From a phage, in the sequence record PZ445540.1: 40,233 nt of DNA, one strand, 5' to 3'. Below the pieces are notes generated by a model. The model made no database searches. It saw nothing but the letters and a program-made list of their open reading frames with translations, and was not told the origin of the DNA. This document shows positions 26,809 to 35,501 of this stretch, piece by piece (the first letter of the stretch is position 1; every line of letters starts with the position of its first letter). Position numbers and translations under genes: made by a program.

Positions 26809-27000
26809 ATTCAGACTCCATAAGCTTTGCGCATGAAAAGGTCTGTGATATGGCGGTATTCTTCGCCATAGGCCTCGAAGAAAAGCCGCGCAGTTTTATA
26901 AGCTGCTCTGTCTTTGATGAATGTCATTTTTAACCTAATCCTGTTTTCAGGTTGCAGGAAGCCACACCAGTGAAGGTGTTATTTGTTTTATTGTTTAGCG

Positions 27001-27423
27001 TTACTTATTGAATTCGATCTTGTCCGCTTTAGAGCTAATAATGCTCTGCATTTCATCCAGTTTTTGGGAGACGAGACTTAAAACCCCAATTGAGTTTGAT
27101 TCTGTTGGTATATCATCCATTGAATTATAAACGGCAAGCTTACAATCGCCGATATCACAAGCCCAAGAGTTAAGTTGATTAGCTAGCGCTGTTAGCGACT
27201 CTAATTTTTGTCCCCGTTGACACTCAGCTCCAGCATGGATGCTAAGTTGCTCCACATACTCGTAAGCAGTTTGGCTGGTCTTTAGCATAGAACGAATCAG
27301 GCAGGAAATTGTGTTATCGGCTTCCGGTGAAAATTCATTTATGCGGTAAATAACCTCCAGTAACGAAGCATTCTCAGTGATTTCCGCAGCAATATCATTT
27401 AGCATTTCGATTGGATTTTTCAT
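27001..27423 (-). CDS. hypothetical acidic protein (second gene of the pL operon)
   Basis: 140 aa; ~40% GC; start overlaps the upstream stop by 1 nt. Confidence 0.45.
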   Translation of the reverse strand: MKNPIEMLNDIAAEITENASLLEVIYRINEFSPEADNTISCLIRSMLKTSQTAYEYVEQLSIHAGAECQRGQKLESLTALANQLNSWACDIGDCKLAVYNSMDDIPTESNSIGVLSLVSQKLDEMQSIISSKADKIEFNK

Positions 27424-27623
27424 TATCGTTTATCCCATTCATTTTTATGGGCCTCGTTTGCATAGTTGCAGGCAAACGCGAGAAGAATGTCGCTAATTTC
27501 TCTATACTCGTCATCATCAACCGCCGATAACAAACTAGCTGCTTCAACAATCAAGGACATATTCTTGAAGGCATCACAAGGATGGATGGACAACCCCTTA
27601 AATGTTTTTATCTTCTGAGACAT
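27423..27623 (-). CDS. hypothetical small protein (first gene of the pL operon)
   Basis: 66 aa; just downstream of the OL-like operator cluster; not Arg-rich, so not an N-like antiterminator. Confidence 0.4.
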   Translation of the reverse strand: MSQKIKTFKGLSIHPCDAFKNMSLIVEAASLLSAVDDDEYREISDILLAFACNYANEAHKNEWDKR

Positions 27624-27668
27624 TTTCTATCACCTCTGAGTTGATTTGATAGAATGATGATAGAGCCT

Positions 27669-27716
27669 GCTATTGGTCTTTGCAATAGGTATTGCTATTT
27701 AAATTGCTATTGATTT
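27669..27716. promoter_or_regulatory. OL-like operator cluster
   Basis: CTATTGgtctttgCAATAG inverted repeat plus two ATTGCTAT half-sites; same motif family as at OR. Confidence 0.55.
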
Positions 27717-27956
27717 TTATGTCATTGATATCAAAAATGAAAAAATCTATTGCTGATGTGTTTGTAACAGCACGGTAGAAATAATTGTCCTTTAGACAGT
27801 GATCTACCAATACATGAGATATCGGGAGTTGGAGCATCGAAGCTTGAGAATAAAATGGACTGTGAAAGGGCGAGATACTCGCAGAGAGAAAGAGGGTAGG
27901 AGTTCCGATCAGGTAGTTGCCCGCCTGGTTGACTGGTGGTTACTATTGTGGGGGCA

Positions 27957-27983
27957 CATAGAAAACCCGGCGCACTGGCCGGG
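27957..27983 (-). terminator. intrinsic terminator downstream of cI
   Basis: Minus-strand hairpin cccggccagtgcgccggg followed by TTTTC. Confidence 0.55.
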
Positions 27984-28036
27984 TTAAGAATCTACTCAGC
28001 TTGTTATGCGTAAGTTTTTATTTTCATTTGCATTAT

Positions 28037-28744
28037 TCACCCATGCTTCCTGTAGGTCTGCGGCATGCTGCCGATCACCTTTCCGAAGATGAAAATTTTG
28101 TTCATCTCTTCCTTCTCGATTGGTTCCCATGGTAGATAGGTATGGTTGTCAGAGATAACTAAGAGTTTGTCTTTCATCTTTTGTAAGCGCTTAACATGCG
28201 ATGTGTCATCGTAGATGAACGCGTATATACCGTCGCCGTCGAAATGCTGAACGCTGATATCGACGAAGAGTAAGTCCCCTGGCTCTATGGTGCCAGACAT
28301 GCTATCGCCTCGAACGTTGATGATGCGTATCTGCTCCTGTTTCCGGCCATTAAACATTTGACGGGCATCTTCAACTGAGTATTCCACGGAGCGCAGCACC
28401 TCCACGAATTCGCTGTTAATTATGCCCGGGCCAGCACTTACGGTAAGGTCGAGTACGTCAACTCTGAAGATGGCTGGATCTTTTTTGTTATTCATCGGTG
28501 GGGGTGGTTGTTGGTCGTCACCCCTCATTGGTCCAGTACCGTTTGATAGCCACTCCGAACGAACACCCAGGGCATTAGCTATTTCAACGATTTTAGTTGT
28601 GCCTCTAGCATTTCCAGATGTTATTCGCCATATGGTTGGTTGTGCCATATTCGCCGCTTTGGCTAACTGACCCTGGCTCATGCCCATCTCATGCATTGCG
28701 TAGTTAAGTCTGTCAGCTAGCGTCTTAAGTGTTCTCTCTTGCAT
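28037..28744 (-). CDS. cI: CI-type repressor (HTH + S24 LexA-like peptidase domain)
   Basis: Start at ATG 28744 with GGAGG RBS, 235 aa; N-terminal HTH ('MSQGQLAKAANMAQPTIWRI'); C-terminal 'GDSMSGTIEPGD' Ser and 'HVKRL' Lys of the autocleavage dyad. Confidence 0.85.
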   Translation of the reverse strand: MQERTLKTLADRLNYAMHEMGMSQGQLAKAANMAQPTIWRITSGNARGTTKIVEIANALGVRSEWLSNGTGPMRGDDQQPPPPMNNKKDPAIFRVDVLDLTVSAGPGIINSEFVEVLRSVEYSVEDARQMFNGRKQEQIRIINVRGDSMSGTIEPGDLLFVDISVQHFDGDGIYAFIYDDTSHVKRLQKMKDKLLVISDNHTYLPWEPIEKEEMNKIFIFGKVIGSMPQTYRKHG

Positions 28745-28782
28745 ATTTATAGCCTCCGCTATCACATTCTAGTCAAGCATGA

Positions 28783-28829
28783 TAAACAAGTCTATTGCTC
28801 ATTCCAATAGCAATTGCTATCATTATTTT
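28783..28829. promoter_or_regulatory. OR operator cluster between cI and cro
   Basis: CTATTGctcattcCAATAG inverted repeat, perfect palindrome ATAGCAATTGCTAT and a GATAGCAA half-site. Confidence 0.6.
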
Positions 28830-28858
28830 GATAGCAACTGAACGGGATTAGCAAAAAA

Positions 28859-29077
28859 ATGAAATCAGCAATTGAAAGAGCTATTGATGCTGCTGGAGGA
28901 GTAAATGCTCTAGCTCGCGCTATAGGTGTAAAACAACCCTCTGTCTCTCGCTGGAGAAAGGTTGGTGTTGTTGGGGTGGAACATGTGCCTGATGTTGCGG
29001 CCTTTACTGGGATTCCCGCCCATGAACTGAGACCTGACAAACCAAAATTATTCCCGCACCCGGGCAATGAGGTGTGA
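28859..29077 (+). CDS. cro: Cro-like repressor
   Basis: 72 aa; HTH 'GVNALARAIGVKQPSVSRW'; divergent from cI across the operator cluster. Confidence 0.75.
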   Translation: MKSAIERAIDAAGGVNALARAIGVKQPSVSRWRKVGVVGVEHVPDVAAFTGIPAHELRPDKPKLFPHPGNEV

Positions 29078-29078
29078 C

Positions 29079-29276
29079 ATGTCACATCCAATCACTACCG
29101 AAAACCAAATAAAGCCATTGGATATCGATTATCGCGATCCGCGCGGTGTGATTGTGCATGTCACCGGCTGGAATCGGGATAAGCAGCAGGTGTACTTCAC
29201 CAGGCAGGATTATCCGCATGAATGCATGCAGCCTGTCTGGAAGTTTCAAAATTATTTCAGGAGGGTTGTGGAGTGA
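29079..29276 (+). CDS. hypothetical protein (cII position)
   Basis: ATG 29079 with RBS GAGGTG just after the cro stop, 65 aa; no HTH recognised. Confidence 0.4.
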   Translation: MSHPITTENQIKPLDIDYRDPRGVIVHVTGWNRDKQQVYFTRQDYPHECMQPVWKFQNYFRRVVE

Positions 29277-30205
29277 GCAATTTCTTACAGCTCGTTGATC
29301 GTCCAATAGCCTTTCAACGGTCCTTCGTTCGCCTTGGCGTGGGTATTACAGGTGCATTGCTATTGTCACAGATTGTCTATTGGCAGAACCGCATGGAAGG
29401 GAATTGGTTCTACAAAACCCAGTCAGATCTCGAAGAAGAGACTGGATTAACGCGTTACGAACAAGAGGGAGCGCGTAAAAAGCTGGTTTCCTGTGGCGTA
29501 CTGGAAGAAGCAAAACGTGGCATCCCAGCAAAATTATATTTCAGAGTAAACCAGGAGCGCTTGGAAGAACTTCTACTCGGCGAAAACCAGCATGCAGGTA
29601 TGGGGAAAACCAACAAACAAGGATGCGGAATTTCCGCAAACAGTGATGCGGAAAACCAGCATGCAGGTATGGGGAAAACCAACGAGCAGTCATGTGGAAA
29701 TTCCGCATCCATTCATACAGTAGATTACCAGGAGACTACACAGAAGATTAATACAGAGAATAAATATCTTGGTGCATCGGCTGAAGCCGACACACCGAAA
29801 GTGAAATCTTCAACTGATTATTCTCCTGCATTTGAAGAAGCCTGGCAGGCATACCCAAAACGTAGCGGTGGAAATAACAAGCTAAGCGCATTCAAAGCCT
29901 GGAACGCACGTATTAAACAGGGCGTAAAACCAGAGACGATGCTGGAAGGGGTTAAGCGCTACGCAGCTTTCATGGCCTCTGAGGGAAAGATCGGTACTTC
30001 GTTCGTCAAGCAGGCGGCGACGTTCTTCGGGCCGGATAAACATTTCGATGAACCGTGGCTGGTAGAGACCCAGGAAAACAAAGTCCCTACCCGACAAGAC
30101 CAGTCCCGCTACGAGTGGTACGCAAAGTCTGATGACGGCTCTGCCGAAGTGTTTATCAATCAGTCAGCGATCGATCGCATGAACCGTGGCGGGTATCGCC
30201 CATGA
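29273..30205 (+). CDS. replication initiator / replisome organiser with internal iteron-like repeats
   Basis: Start set at GTG 29273 (RBS AGGAGG 8 nt upstream, overlapping the upstream stop); N-terminal HTH-like region; two 69-bp tandem repeats inside the ORF. Confidence 0.6.
   Translation: MSNFLQLVDRPIAFQRSFVRLGVGITGALLLSQIVYWQNRMEGNWFYKTQSDLEEETGLTRYEQEGARKKLVSCGVLEEAKRGIPAKLYFRVNQERLEELLLGENQHAGMGKTNKQGCGISANSDAENQHAGMGKTNEQSCGNSASIHTVDYQETTQKINTENKYLGASAEADTPKVKSSTDYSPAFEEAWQAYPKRSGGNNKLSAFKAWNARIKQGVKPETMLEGVKRYAAFMASEGKIGTSFVKQAATFFGPDKHFDEPWLVETQENKVPTRQDQSRYEWYAKSDDGSAEVFINQSAIDRMNRGGYRP
29576..29720 (+). repeat. two ~69-bp tandem repeats with internal palindrome (candidate origin iterons)
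   Basis: gaaaaccagcatgcaggtatggggaaaaccaac occurs at 29582 and 29651; each unit ends in a tgcggaatttccgca-type palindrome; AT-rich stretch follows. Confidence 0.5.
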
Positions 30206-30312
30206 AAATACTCCTCAAGCGTTTGCTGGTGGCCGGATATAACCACGGCGTTCTGTGCGAGGGATTTGTGAGATGGTTTTTTGTTAAATTCGATTTACGG
30301 AGTTTGTGAGTT

Positions 30313-32184
30313 ATGAGCCCAGCTGAACTATCAGAAAAACTATGGGATAACGCTGAACGCGTCGCTAAGTTTCTCCTTCCGAAAGGACATCTGGAGGGGA
30401 AGGAGTGGTGTGCTGGCAATACGAACGGTGACTCAGGCAAAAGCCTCAAGGTCAATATCGGCGGTAAAAAATCATGGGCTGACTTTGCCAGCGGAGACAG
30501 TGGTGACCTGCTGGATCTCTGGGTGCTGGTGCGTAATTGCCAACTGCACGATGCAATGCGAGAGGCGAAAGAGTTTCTTGGCCTGAAAGATGACGATCAC
30601 CACTTCGAAGCGAAGAAAAAAACGTTCTCTCGCCCGACGAAGAAGGGCGTTAAATCGGCCAGCAAATGCTACGACTATCTTGCTTCACGTGGCATTACCC
30701 GTGAAACGGCCGATCGTTTTAAAGTGACAGATGCGGTGGTCTGGTACCACGACGAAAACCGAGAGGTGCCTGCCGTGGCATTTCCGTATATCCGGAACGG
30801 CGAACTGCTTCAGGTAAAACGTATCGGTACCGAACGGCCAAACGGCAAAAAGCTAATTATGGCTGAAGCTGATTGTGAACCATGCCTGTTTGGCTGGCAG
30901 GCGCTGGATAAAAATACCCGCCTGGTAGTGCTGTGCGAGGGGGAGATTGACTGCATGACCTTCACGCAGCTTGGCTATGATGCCCTGTCTGTTCCCTTTG
31001 GCGGCGGTAAGGGTGCCAAACAGCAGTGGATTGAATATGAATACCATAACCTCGATCGCTTCCAGGAAATTTGGCTGTGCCTGGACAACGACGATGTAGG
31101 CCGTGAAGCTGCAAAAGAAATCGCCAGACGTCTTGGGGAACATCGTTGCCGCATGGTTGAACTTCCCCACAAAGATATCAACGATTGCCTGATGAACGGC
31201 ATGGACAGCGACTCCATTCTGGAATACATGGAGCGCGCCAAATTCTTCGATCCCGATGAGCTTTGCTCAGCAGGGGACTTGCTTCAGGAAACTATCGAGG
31301 CATTCGAACATCGGGATACCGGTCTGTTTACAAGCCCATGGGCTTCGCTGAACAACAACTTTAAGTTCCGTGCCGGTGAACTGACCCTCGTCAATGGGGT
31401 GAATGGACATGGAAAAACAGAGCTCGTTGGACATATCGCGATTGATGCGATGAGTCAGGGCGTCAGGACGTGTATTGCTTCTCTGGAGCTTAAACCAGGC
31501 AAAATGCTTGCCCGACTCACGCGGCAAACCATCTGCACTTCCTCACCGAAACGTGAAGAAATCATTATGACCAACGAATGGTTTTCTGACCGCCTTTGGG
31601 TATTCAAACTTACCGGAACGGCCAAAGCAGACCGGCTTCTTGAGATTTTTGCCTATGCCCGGCGCCGCTATGGCATTGAGCTGTTCGTCATAGATAACCT
31701 GGCTAAATGTGGCTTAGACGAAGAAGACTACACAGGTCAGAAGGACTTCATCGATACGCTGTGCGACTTCAAGAACGAGCATAACTGTCACGTCCTGCTG
31801 GTTACCCACGCCAGAAAAACAAACGACTCCGCTCCAACCGGAAAGATGGACGTAAAAGGCACTGGCGCCTTAACCGACATGCCCGACAACGTTATGGCCG
31901 TCTGGCGCAACATTCCCCGTGAGCTGGCGCAGAGAAAAGCGGATCGTATGGGTTATGAGAGCCTCGACAAAGACGAACAGGCCGCGATCAATCTCCCCGC
32001 CTCAATGATTCGTTTGTTGAAGCAACGAGAAGGCGAAGGGTGGATCGGAGACATCGGAGCTAATTTCGACTCTCGCTCTCACCAGTTCCTGGAAGGCGAG
32101 AAAAAACCATTTAACTACCTGGTCGGTAAGCCGCAAAGCGAGCTTGATCTCGAGTGGGAAGCCAGCAACGTAACGAGGGTTTGA
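30313..32184 (+). CDS. bifunctional DNA primase-helicase (TOPRIM + DnaB/RecA-like)
   Basis: 623 aa; TOPRIM motifs ('VVLCEGEIDCMT', 'CLDNDDVGREAA'); Walker A 'GVNGHGKTE' and Walker B 'ELFVIDNLAK'. Confidence 0.82.
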   Translation: MSPAELSEKLWDNAERVAKFLLPKGHLEGKEWCAGNTNGDSGKSLKVNIGGKKSWADFASGDSGDLLDLWVLVRNCQLHDAMREAKEFLGLKDDDHHFEAKKKTFSRPTKKGVKSASKCYDYLASRGITRETADRFKVTDAVVWYHDENREVPAVAFPYIRNGELLQVKRIGTERPNGKKLIMAEADCEPCLFGWQALDKNTRLVVLCEGEIDCMTFTQLGYDALSVPFGGGKGAKQQWIEYEYHNLDRFQEIWLCLDNDDVGREAAKEIARRLGEHRCRMVELPHKDINDCLMNGMDSDSILEYMERAKFFDPDELCSAGDLLQETIEAFEHRDTGLFTSPWASLNNNFKFRAGELTLVNGVNGHGKTELVGHIAIDAMSQGVRTCIASLELKPGKMLARLTRQTICTSSPKREEIIMTNEWFSDRLWVFKLTGTAKADRLLEIFAYARRRYGIELFVIDNLAKCGLDEEDYTGQKDFIDTLCDFKNEHNCHVLLVTHARKTNDSAPTGKMDVKGTGALTDMPDNVMAVWRNIPRELAQRKADRMGYESLDKDEQAAINLPASMIRLLKQREGEGWIGDIGANFDSRSHQFLEGEKKPFNYLVGKPQSELDLEWEASNVTRV

Positions 32185-32187
32185 GAT

Positions 32188-33003
32188 ATGGAACTTGAAG
32201 CATCACTAAAACACTTTAGCCCTCAGGGTATGCACATCAGCGACGACGTGAAAGGAACCTCTCCGGACCGCCTTACAGGAACAGATGTAATGGCGGCGAT
32301 TGGCACCACCAGCAGCCGTGCGCGCTTCGGCCTGGCGGCGTTCTTCGGTAAAGCGGGAATCAGCAAAACCGATGAACAGCTCGCAGTTCAGGCGCTGGCG
32401 CGATATGCGATGGATGTCGCACCGAAGAATGTTCGCAAAGCAGCTGGTGGCCAGTTCGGATGGTGTATGCAGATGCTGGCGCAATTTGCCTTTGCTGATT
32501 ATTCCCGTTCGGCGGCTACCAGCGTGACGTGTCACAGCTGCAGCGGTACCGGACGAACAACCCGCGAGCAGATTACCCGCAAGGTTTCGTACCCATGGGG
32601 TAAAGCTCCATACTGGGCCTGCCGCTCTCGTGCTGTTCGACCGTCTGACTGGGAGCAGTGGACGGAGGTAACAGAGGTTGTACCGGCGGTCTGTGATGCT
32701 TGCGATGGCATGGGAACGATCAGCGCCCGTTGTCGTTGCGGCGGTAAAGGCGAGGTTCTAGACCGCAAAGCGACTAAAGACCGCGGCGCACCGGTTTTCA
32801 AAACGTGTGAACGTTGCTCTGGTAATGGCTTCTCTGCTATCTCCTCGGCGACGGTACACCGTGCCATTCTGAAGCGTCTCCCGGACCTTCATCAGTCCTC
32901 ATGGTCACGCAACTGGAAACCCTTCTATGAAATGCTGGTGGACACTTTGCGTCAGGGGGAGCGTCATGCTGCTTTAGAATTTGAGAAGGCAACAACTTAT
33001 TGA
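32188..33003 (+). CDS. Cys-rich protein with four DnaJ-type CxxCxGxG repeats (possible late-gene antiterminator)
   Basis: 271 aa; CSGTGR, CDGMGT, CGGKGE, CSGNGF repeats; sits where lambdoid Q genes sit, upstream of the late leader and lysis genes. Confidence 0.45.
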   Translation: MELEASLKHFSPQGMHISDDVKGTSPDRLTGTDVMAAIGTTSSRARFGLAAFFGKAGISKTDEQLAVQALARYAMDVAPKNVRKAAGGQFGWCMQMLAQFAFADYSRSAATSVTCHSCSGTGRTTREQITRKVSYPWGKAPYWACRSRAVRPSDWEQWTEVTEVVPAVCDACDGMGTISARCRCGGKGEVLDRKATKDRGAPVFKTCERCSGNGFSAISSATVHRAILKRLPDLHQSSWSRNWKPFYEMLVDTLRQGERHAALEFEKATTY

Positions 33004-33117
33004 TGTGATCGGAACAAATAGCGACACTTTTTTGCACGTTAGTGTTGACTTTGCATAAAACTGTCCTGTATGCTTCTAATCGTGGAAGATACCGTCCAAA
33101 CGAAATTAATCATTGAA

Positions 33118-33145
33118 ACCCTGCCTCGGCGGGGTTTTTGCTTTT
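33118..33145 (+). terminator. intrinsic terminator 1 in the late leader region
   Basis: ccctgcctcggcgggg (one G-U wobble) followed by TTTTTGCTTTTC. Confidence 0.5.
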
Positions 33146-33150
33146 CTAAG

Positions 33151-33178
33151 GCTGCCAATGGGTGGCCTTTTTTGTTTC
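33151..33178 (+). terminator. terminator-like hairpin 2
   Basis: gctgccaatgggtggc (stem includes wobble pairs) followed by CTTTTTTGTTT. Confidence 0.35.
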
Positions 33179-33390
33179 CCCTCGTTCTGAGAGGACTCAT
33201 GGCGATGATGTATTGACCGCTACAATGGATTAGTCGTAACTTATTATTGTGGTGAATCCTTTCTAAGCGAAAGGGCGTTCCAGTCAACTGCTATCTGCAG
33301 GTATGCGCGCGGCTTTGCTGACTGTGGTTGAGTCACCGGGAGGCACCCGGCACCATGACAATAACAATATAAGTTTCAAATTCCTTGAGA

Positions 33391-33418
33391 GCCTGCTATA
33401 AAAAGCAGGCCTTTTTTT
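33391..33418 (+). terminator. intrinsic terminator 3
   Basis: gcctgctataaaaagcaggc followed by CTTTTTTT. Confidence 0.65.
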
Positions 33419-33575
33419 ATGGTTTTGTAATCTGCTGCTACGCTTTGAGTTGTGAGATGCGCCTACCTCTCTGGGGGTTCTCCTGAACCTATAGTGAATC
33501 AGCCCGATACTGTCTCACTCAGGTCAGTTAGCAAGACTCACGACTACCTACCTTACTTACTAATAGTCACTCATT

Positions 33576-33603
33576 AGCCCGCCTTCAAAAGCGGGCTTTT
33601 TTT
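33576..33603 (+). terminator. intrinsic terminator 4 (upstream of the holin)
   Basis: agcccgccttcaaaagcgggct followed by TTTTTTT. Confidence 0.65.
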
Positions 33604-33650
33604 ATTCCCCTCATCACTGAGAGGATTCACGGCAATAAGAGGGGGACTAG

Positions 33651-34046
33651 ATGTCCGATCCTGTTTCTGGCACGACAGTAGCGGCTGGTGGTCTGATGGG
33701 GGCCAGCGTGTTCGGCCTGGCAACCGGCATAGATTACGGTGTGGTGTTTGGCGCATTCGCTGGTGCGGTGTTCTACGTCGCTACGGCGGTTAATATCAGC
33801 CGCCTTAAGCTGGTGGGCTACTTCATCACCTCATTCATCTTCGGCGTTATCGGCGCGCCACTGCTCGGCTCTTACTTCTCCAAATGGACGGGGTATAGCG
33901 ACAGGCCACTTGATGCGCTGGGCGCGGTAATCGTAGCCGCTATTGCTATTAAGCTGCTGACGTTCGTCAACAGTCAGGATTTGGGTAGCCTGTTTGGAAT
34001 TCTCTCGCGTTTACGTGGTGGAGGGGCCAGCAATGGTAACAAGTGA
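33651..34046 (+). CDS. holin
   Basis: 131 aa with three hydrophobic TM-like segments; first gene of the lysis cassette; RBS AGAGGGGG. Confidence 0.55.
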   Translation: MSDPVSGTTVAAGGLMGASVFGLATGIDYGVVFGAFAGAVFYVATAVNISRLKLVGYFITSFIFGVIGAPLLGSYFSKWTGYSDRPLDALGAVIVAAIAIKLLTFVNSQDLGSLFGILSRLRGGGASNGNK

Positions 34047-34338
34047 TCCGAGTGCGATGGCAAACGCAATTATCTCTGCTGTGATCGTTATTGCACTGAT
34101 GTTCTACCAGCGCGGCGGGGCGAGACATCGCCCTCTGATATCGCTGATGGCGTATTTCACGGTGCTGGTATACGCCAGCGTCCCTTTCCGTTATTTGTTC
34201 GGCCTGTACCATGAATCCCACTGGTTTGTGGTGCTGGTGAACGTCCTGATATGCGCCGCCGTTCTCTGGGCTCGGGGAAACGTAGCACGCATCATTGACG
34301 TCCTGAGGCATTCGCATGACCAAAGACGAAATTTTTAA
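34033..34338 (+). CDS. holin-like / antiholin membrane protein
   Basis: ATG 34033 with RBS GGAGGGG, ~101 aa; 2-3 TM segments; overlaps both neighbouring genes. Confidence 0.45.
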   Translation: MVTSDPSAMANAIISAVIVIALMFYQRGGARHRPLISLMAYFTVLVYASVPFRYLFGLYHESHWFVVLVNVLICAAVLWARGNVARIIDVLRHSHDQRRNF

Positions 34339-34858
34339 TGCCATCCTCGGTAAAGAGGGCGGCTACGTTAATCACCCTGACGATAAGGGCGGTCCAACTA
34401 ACTGGGGGATCACACAAGCGGTAGCTCGCGCCCACGGATTTTTCGGGGATATGCGAAACCTGACCCGCCAGCAGGCGCTAGATATCCTGACGGCCGACTA
34501 CTGGACAGGGCCACGCTTCGACCTTGTTTCTGAGGTATCACCAGCCATCGCTGCCGAACTCTGCGACACAGGCGTAAACATGGGCCCATCAGTTCAGACC
34601 AAATGGTTTCAGCGCTGGCTGAACGTGTTCAACATTCAGGGCACGCTCTATCCCGATCTGATTGCCGATGGCTTTATCGGTCCGCGAACCATCAGCGCGT
34701 TAAAAAGCTATCTTTCCCGGCGCGGAAAAGAGGGTGAGCTGGTTATGCTTCGGGCCCTGAATTGTAGCCAGGGTCAGCGTTATCTTGAGCTGGCAGAGCA
34801 GCGTAGCGCGAACGAAACATTTGTTTATGGCTGGGTAAAGGAGCGGGTGGTTATATGA
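34316..34858 (+). CDS. endolysin (glycoside hydrolase family 108-like with peptidoglycan-binding domain)
   Basis: N-terminal 'ILGKEGGYVNHPDDKGGPTNWGIT' matches the GH108 signature; 180 aa. Confidence 0.85.
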   Translation: MTKDEIFNAILGKEGGYVNHPDDKGGPTNWGITQAVARAHGFFGDMRNLTRQQALDILTADYWTGPRFDLVSEVSPAIAAELCDTGVNMGPSVQTKWFQRWLNVFNIQGTLYPDLIADGFIGPRTISALKSYLSRRGKEGELVMLRALNCSQGQRYLELAEQRSANETFVYGWVKERVVI

Positions 34859-35124
34859 CGCTTGAGATAATTACCGGACTCGTTGTCGCGGTGTTTGCTG
34901 CTATTGCCGCCGCGTTTGGCCTGGGTCATTCACGCGGAACCAGCAAAGCGGAAGCGAAAGCCGACCAGCAGCGCACCGAAGATAACGCAGCGGCAGTGGT
35001 TGCAGCAGCAGAACGCAGGGTAGAGACAACGAAAGAGGCCAGCAATGTACAGCAAACTGTTAACCACATGCCTGATGACGATGTTGATCGCGAGCTGCGC
35101 ACAAACTGGACCCGTAAAGGTTGA
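34855..35124 (+). CDS. i-spanin (Rz-like)
   Basis: 89 aa; N-terminal TM helix then charged periplasmic region; ATGA overlap with the endolysin stop; o-spanin ORF embedded/overlapping. Confidence 0.6.
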   Translation: MTLEIITGLVVAVFAAIAAAFGLGHSRGTSKAEAKADQQRTEDNAAAVVAAAERRVETTKEASNVQQTVNHMPDDDVDRELRTNWTRKG

Positions 35125-35275
35125 GGTAGTGGACACGGCTTGCGACTGGGTTAAACCCATCTACGGAACGGATCACGACTGGGATGTGCTGGATCGCCAG
35201 ACGAAGAAAGACATCCTGGCGCATAACAAAGCGTGGCAGGCGAACTGCCAGAAAGAAACCAGAGCCTCGCAATAG
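35045..35275 (+). CDS. o-spanin (Rz1-like lipoprotein)
   Basis: 76 aa; signal peptide with lipobox LIASC; starts inside the i-spanin ORF in another frame. Confidence 0.65.
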   Translation: MYSKLLTTCLMTMLIASCAQTGPVKVEVVDTACDWVKPIYGTDHDWDVLDRQTKKDILAHNKAWQANCQKETRASQ

Positions 35276-35303
35276 CGGGGCCTTTAATTACTGAGGAAAG
35301 AGC

Positions 35304-35501
35304 ATGACTGTAGTTCTCACAGCTAAGCAAATCGAAGACCTGGCTAATTTCGCAAAAGAAGACGGCGCGCCTCAATACACCATCACCACGGGGACAATCC
35401 CGGAGTTAGAAACAGATGATGGTGAAATTATTCCTGAATACTCTGGTCTGATCGCGTATTCAGATTCACTTGAGCGTGGCGTGTTACAACTCGACGATTA
35501 A
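35304..35501 (+). CDS. hypothetical acidic protein
   Basis: 65 aa ORF; RBS GAGGAAAGAG. Confidence 0.35.
   Translation: MTVVLTAKQIEDLANFAKEDGAPQYTITTGTIPELETDDGEIIPEYSGLIAYSDSLERGVLQLDD

Noticed and set aside
26813-26927. 38-aa minus-strand ORF (MTFIKDRAAYKTARLFFEAYGEEYRHITDLFMRKAYGV) between early-left genes
   Set aside because: Weak RBS and very short; could be real but there is not enough evidence to list it as a feature.
27799-27987. 62-aa plus-strand ORF between OL and cI
   Set aside because: No RBS, overlaps the cI terminator hairpin, and lies in an operator-rich regulatory region.
29576-29720. Tandem repeats as a possible CRISPR array
   Set aside because: Only two units, 69 bp long, inside a coding sequence and without spacer-like unique segments; better explained as origin iterons.
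33004-33650. Possible tRNA genes in the Q-lysis intergenic region, as seen in some lambdoid phages
   Set aside because: No T-arm-like GGTTCRAxxCC motif or cloverleaf-compatible acceptor pairing found by eye; the region fits terminator hairpins better.
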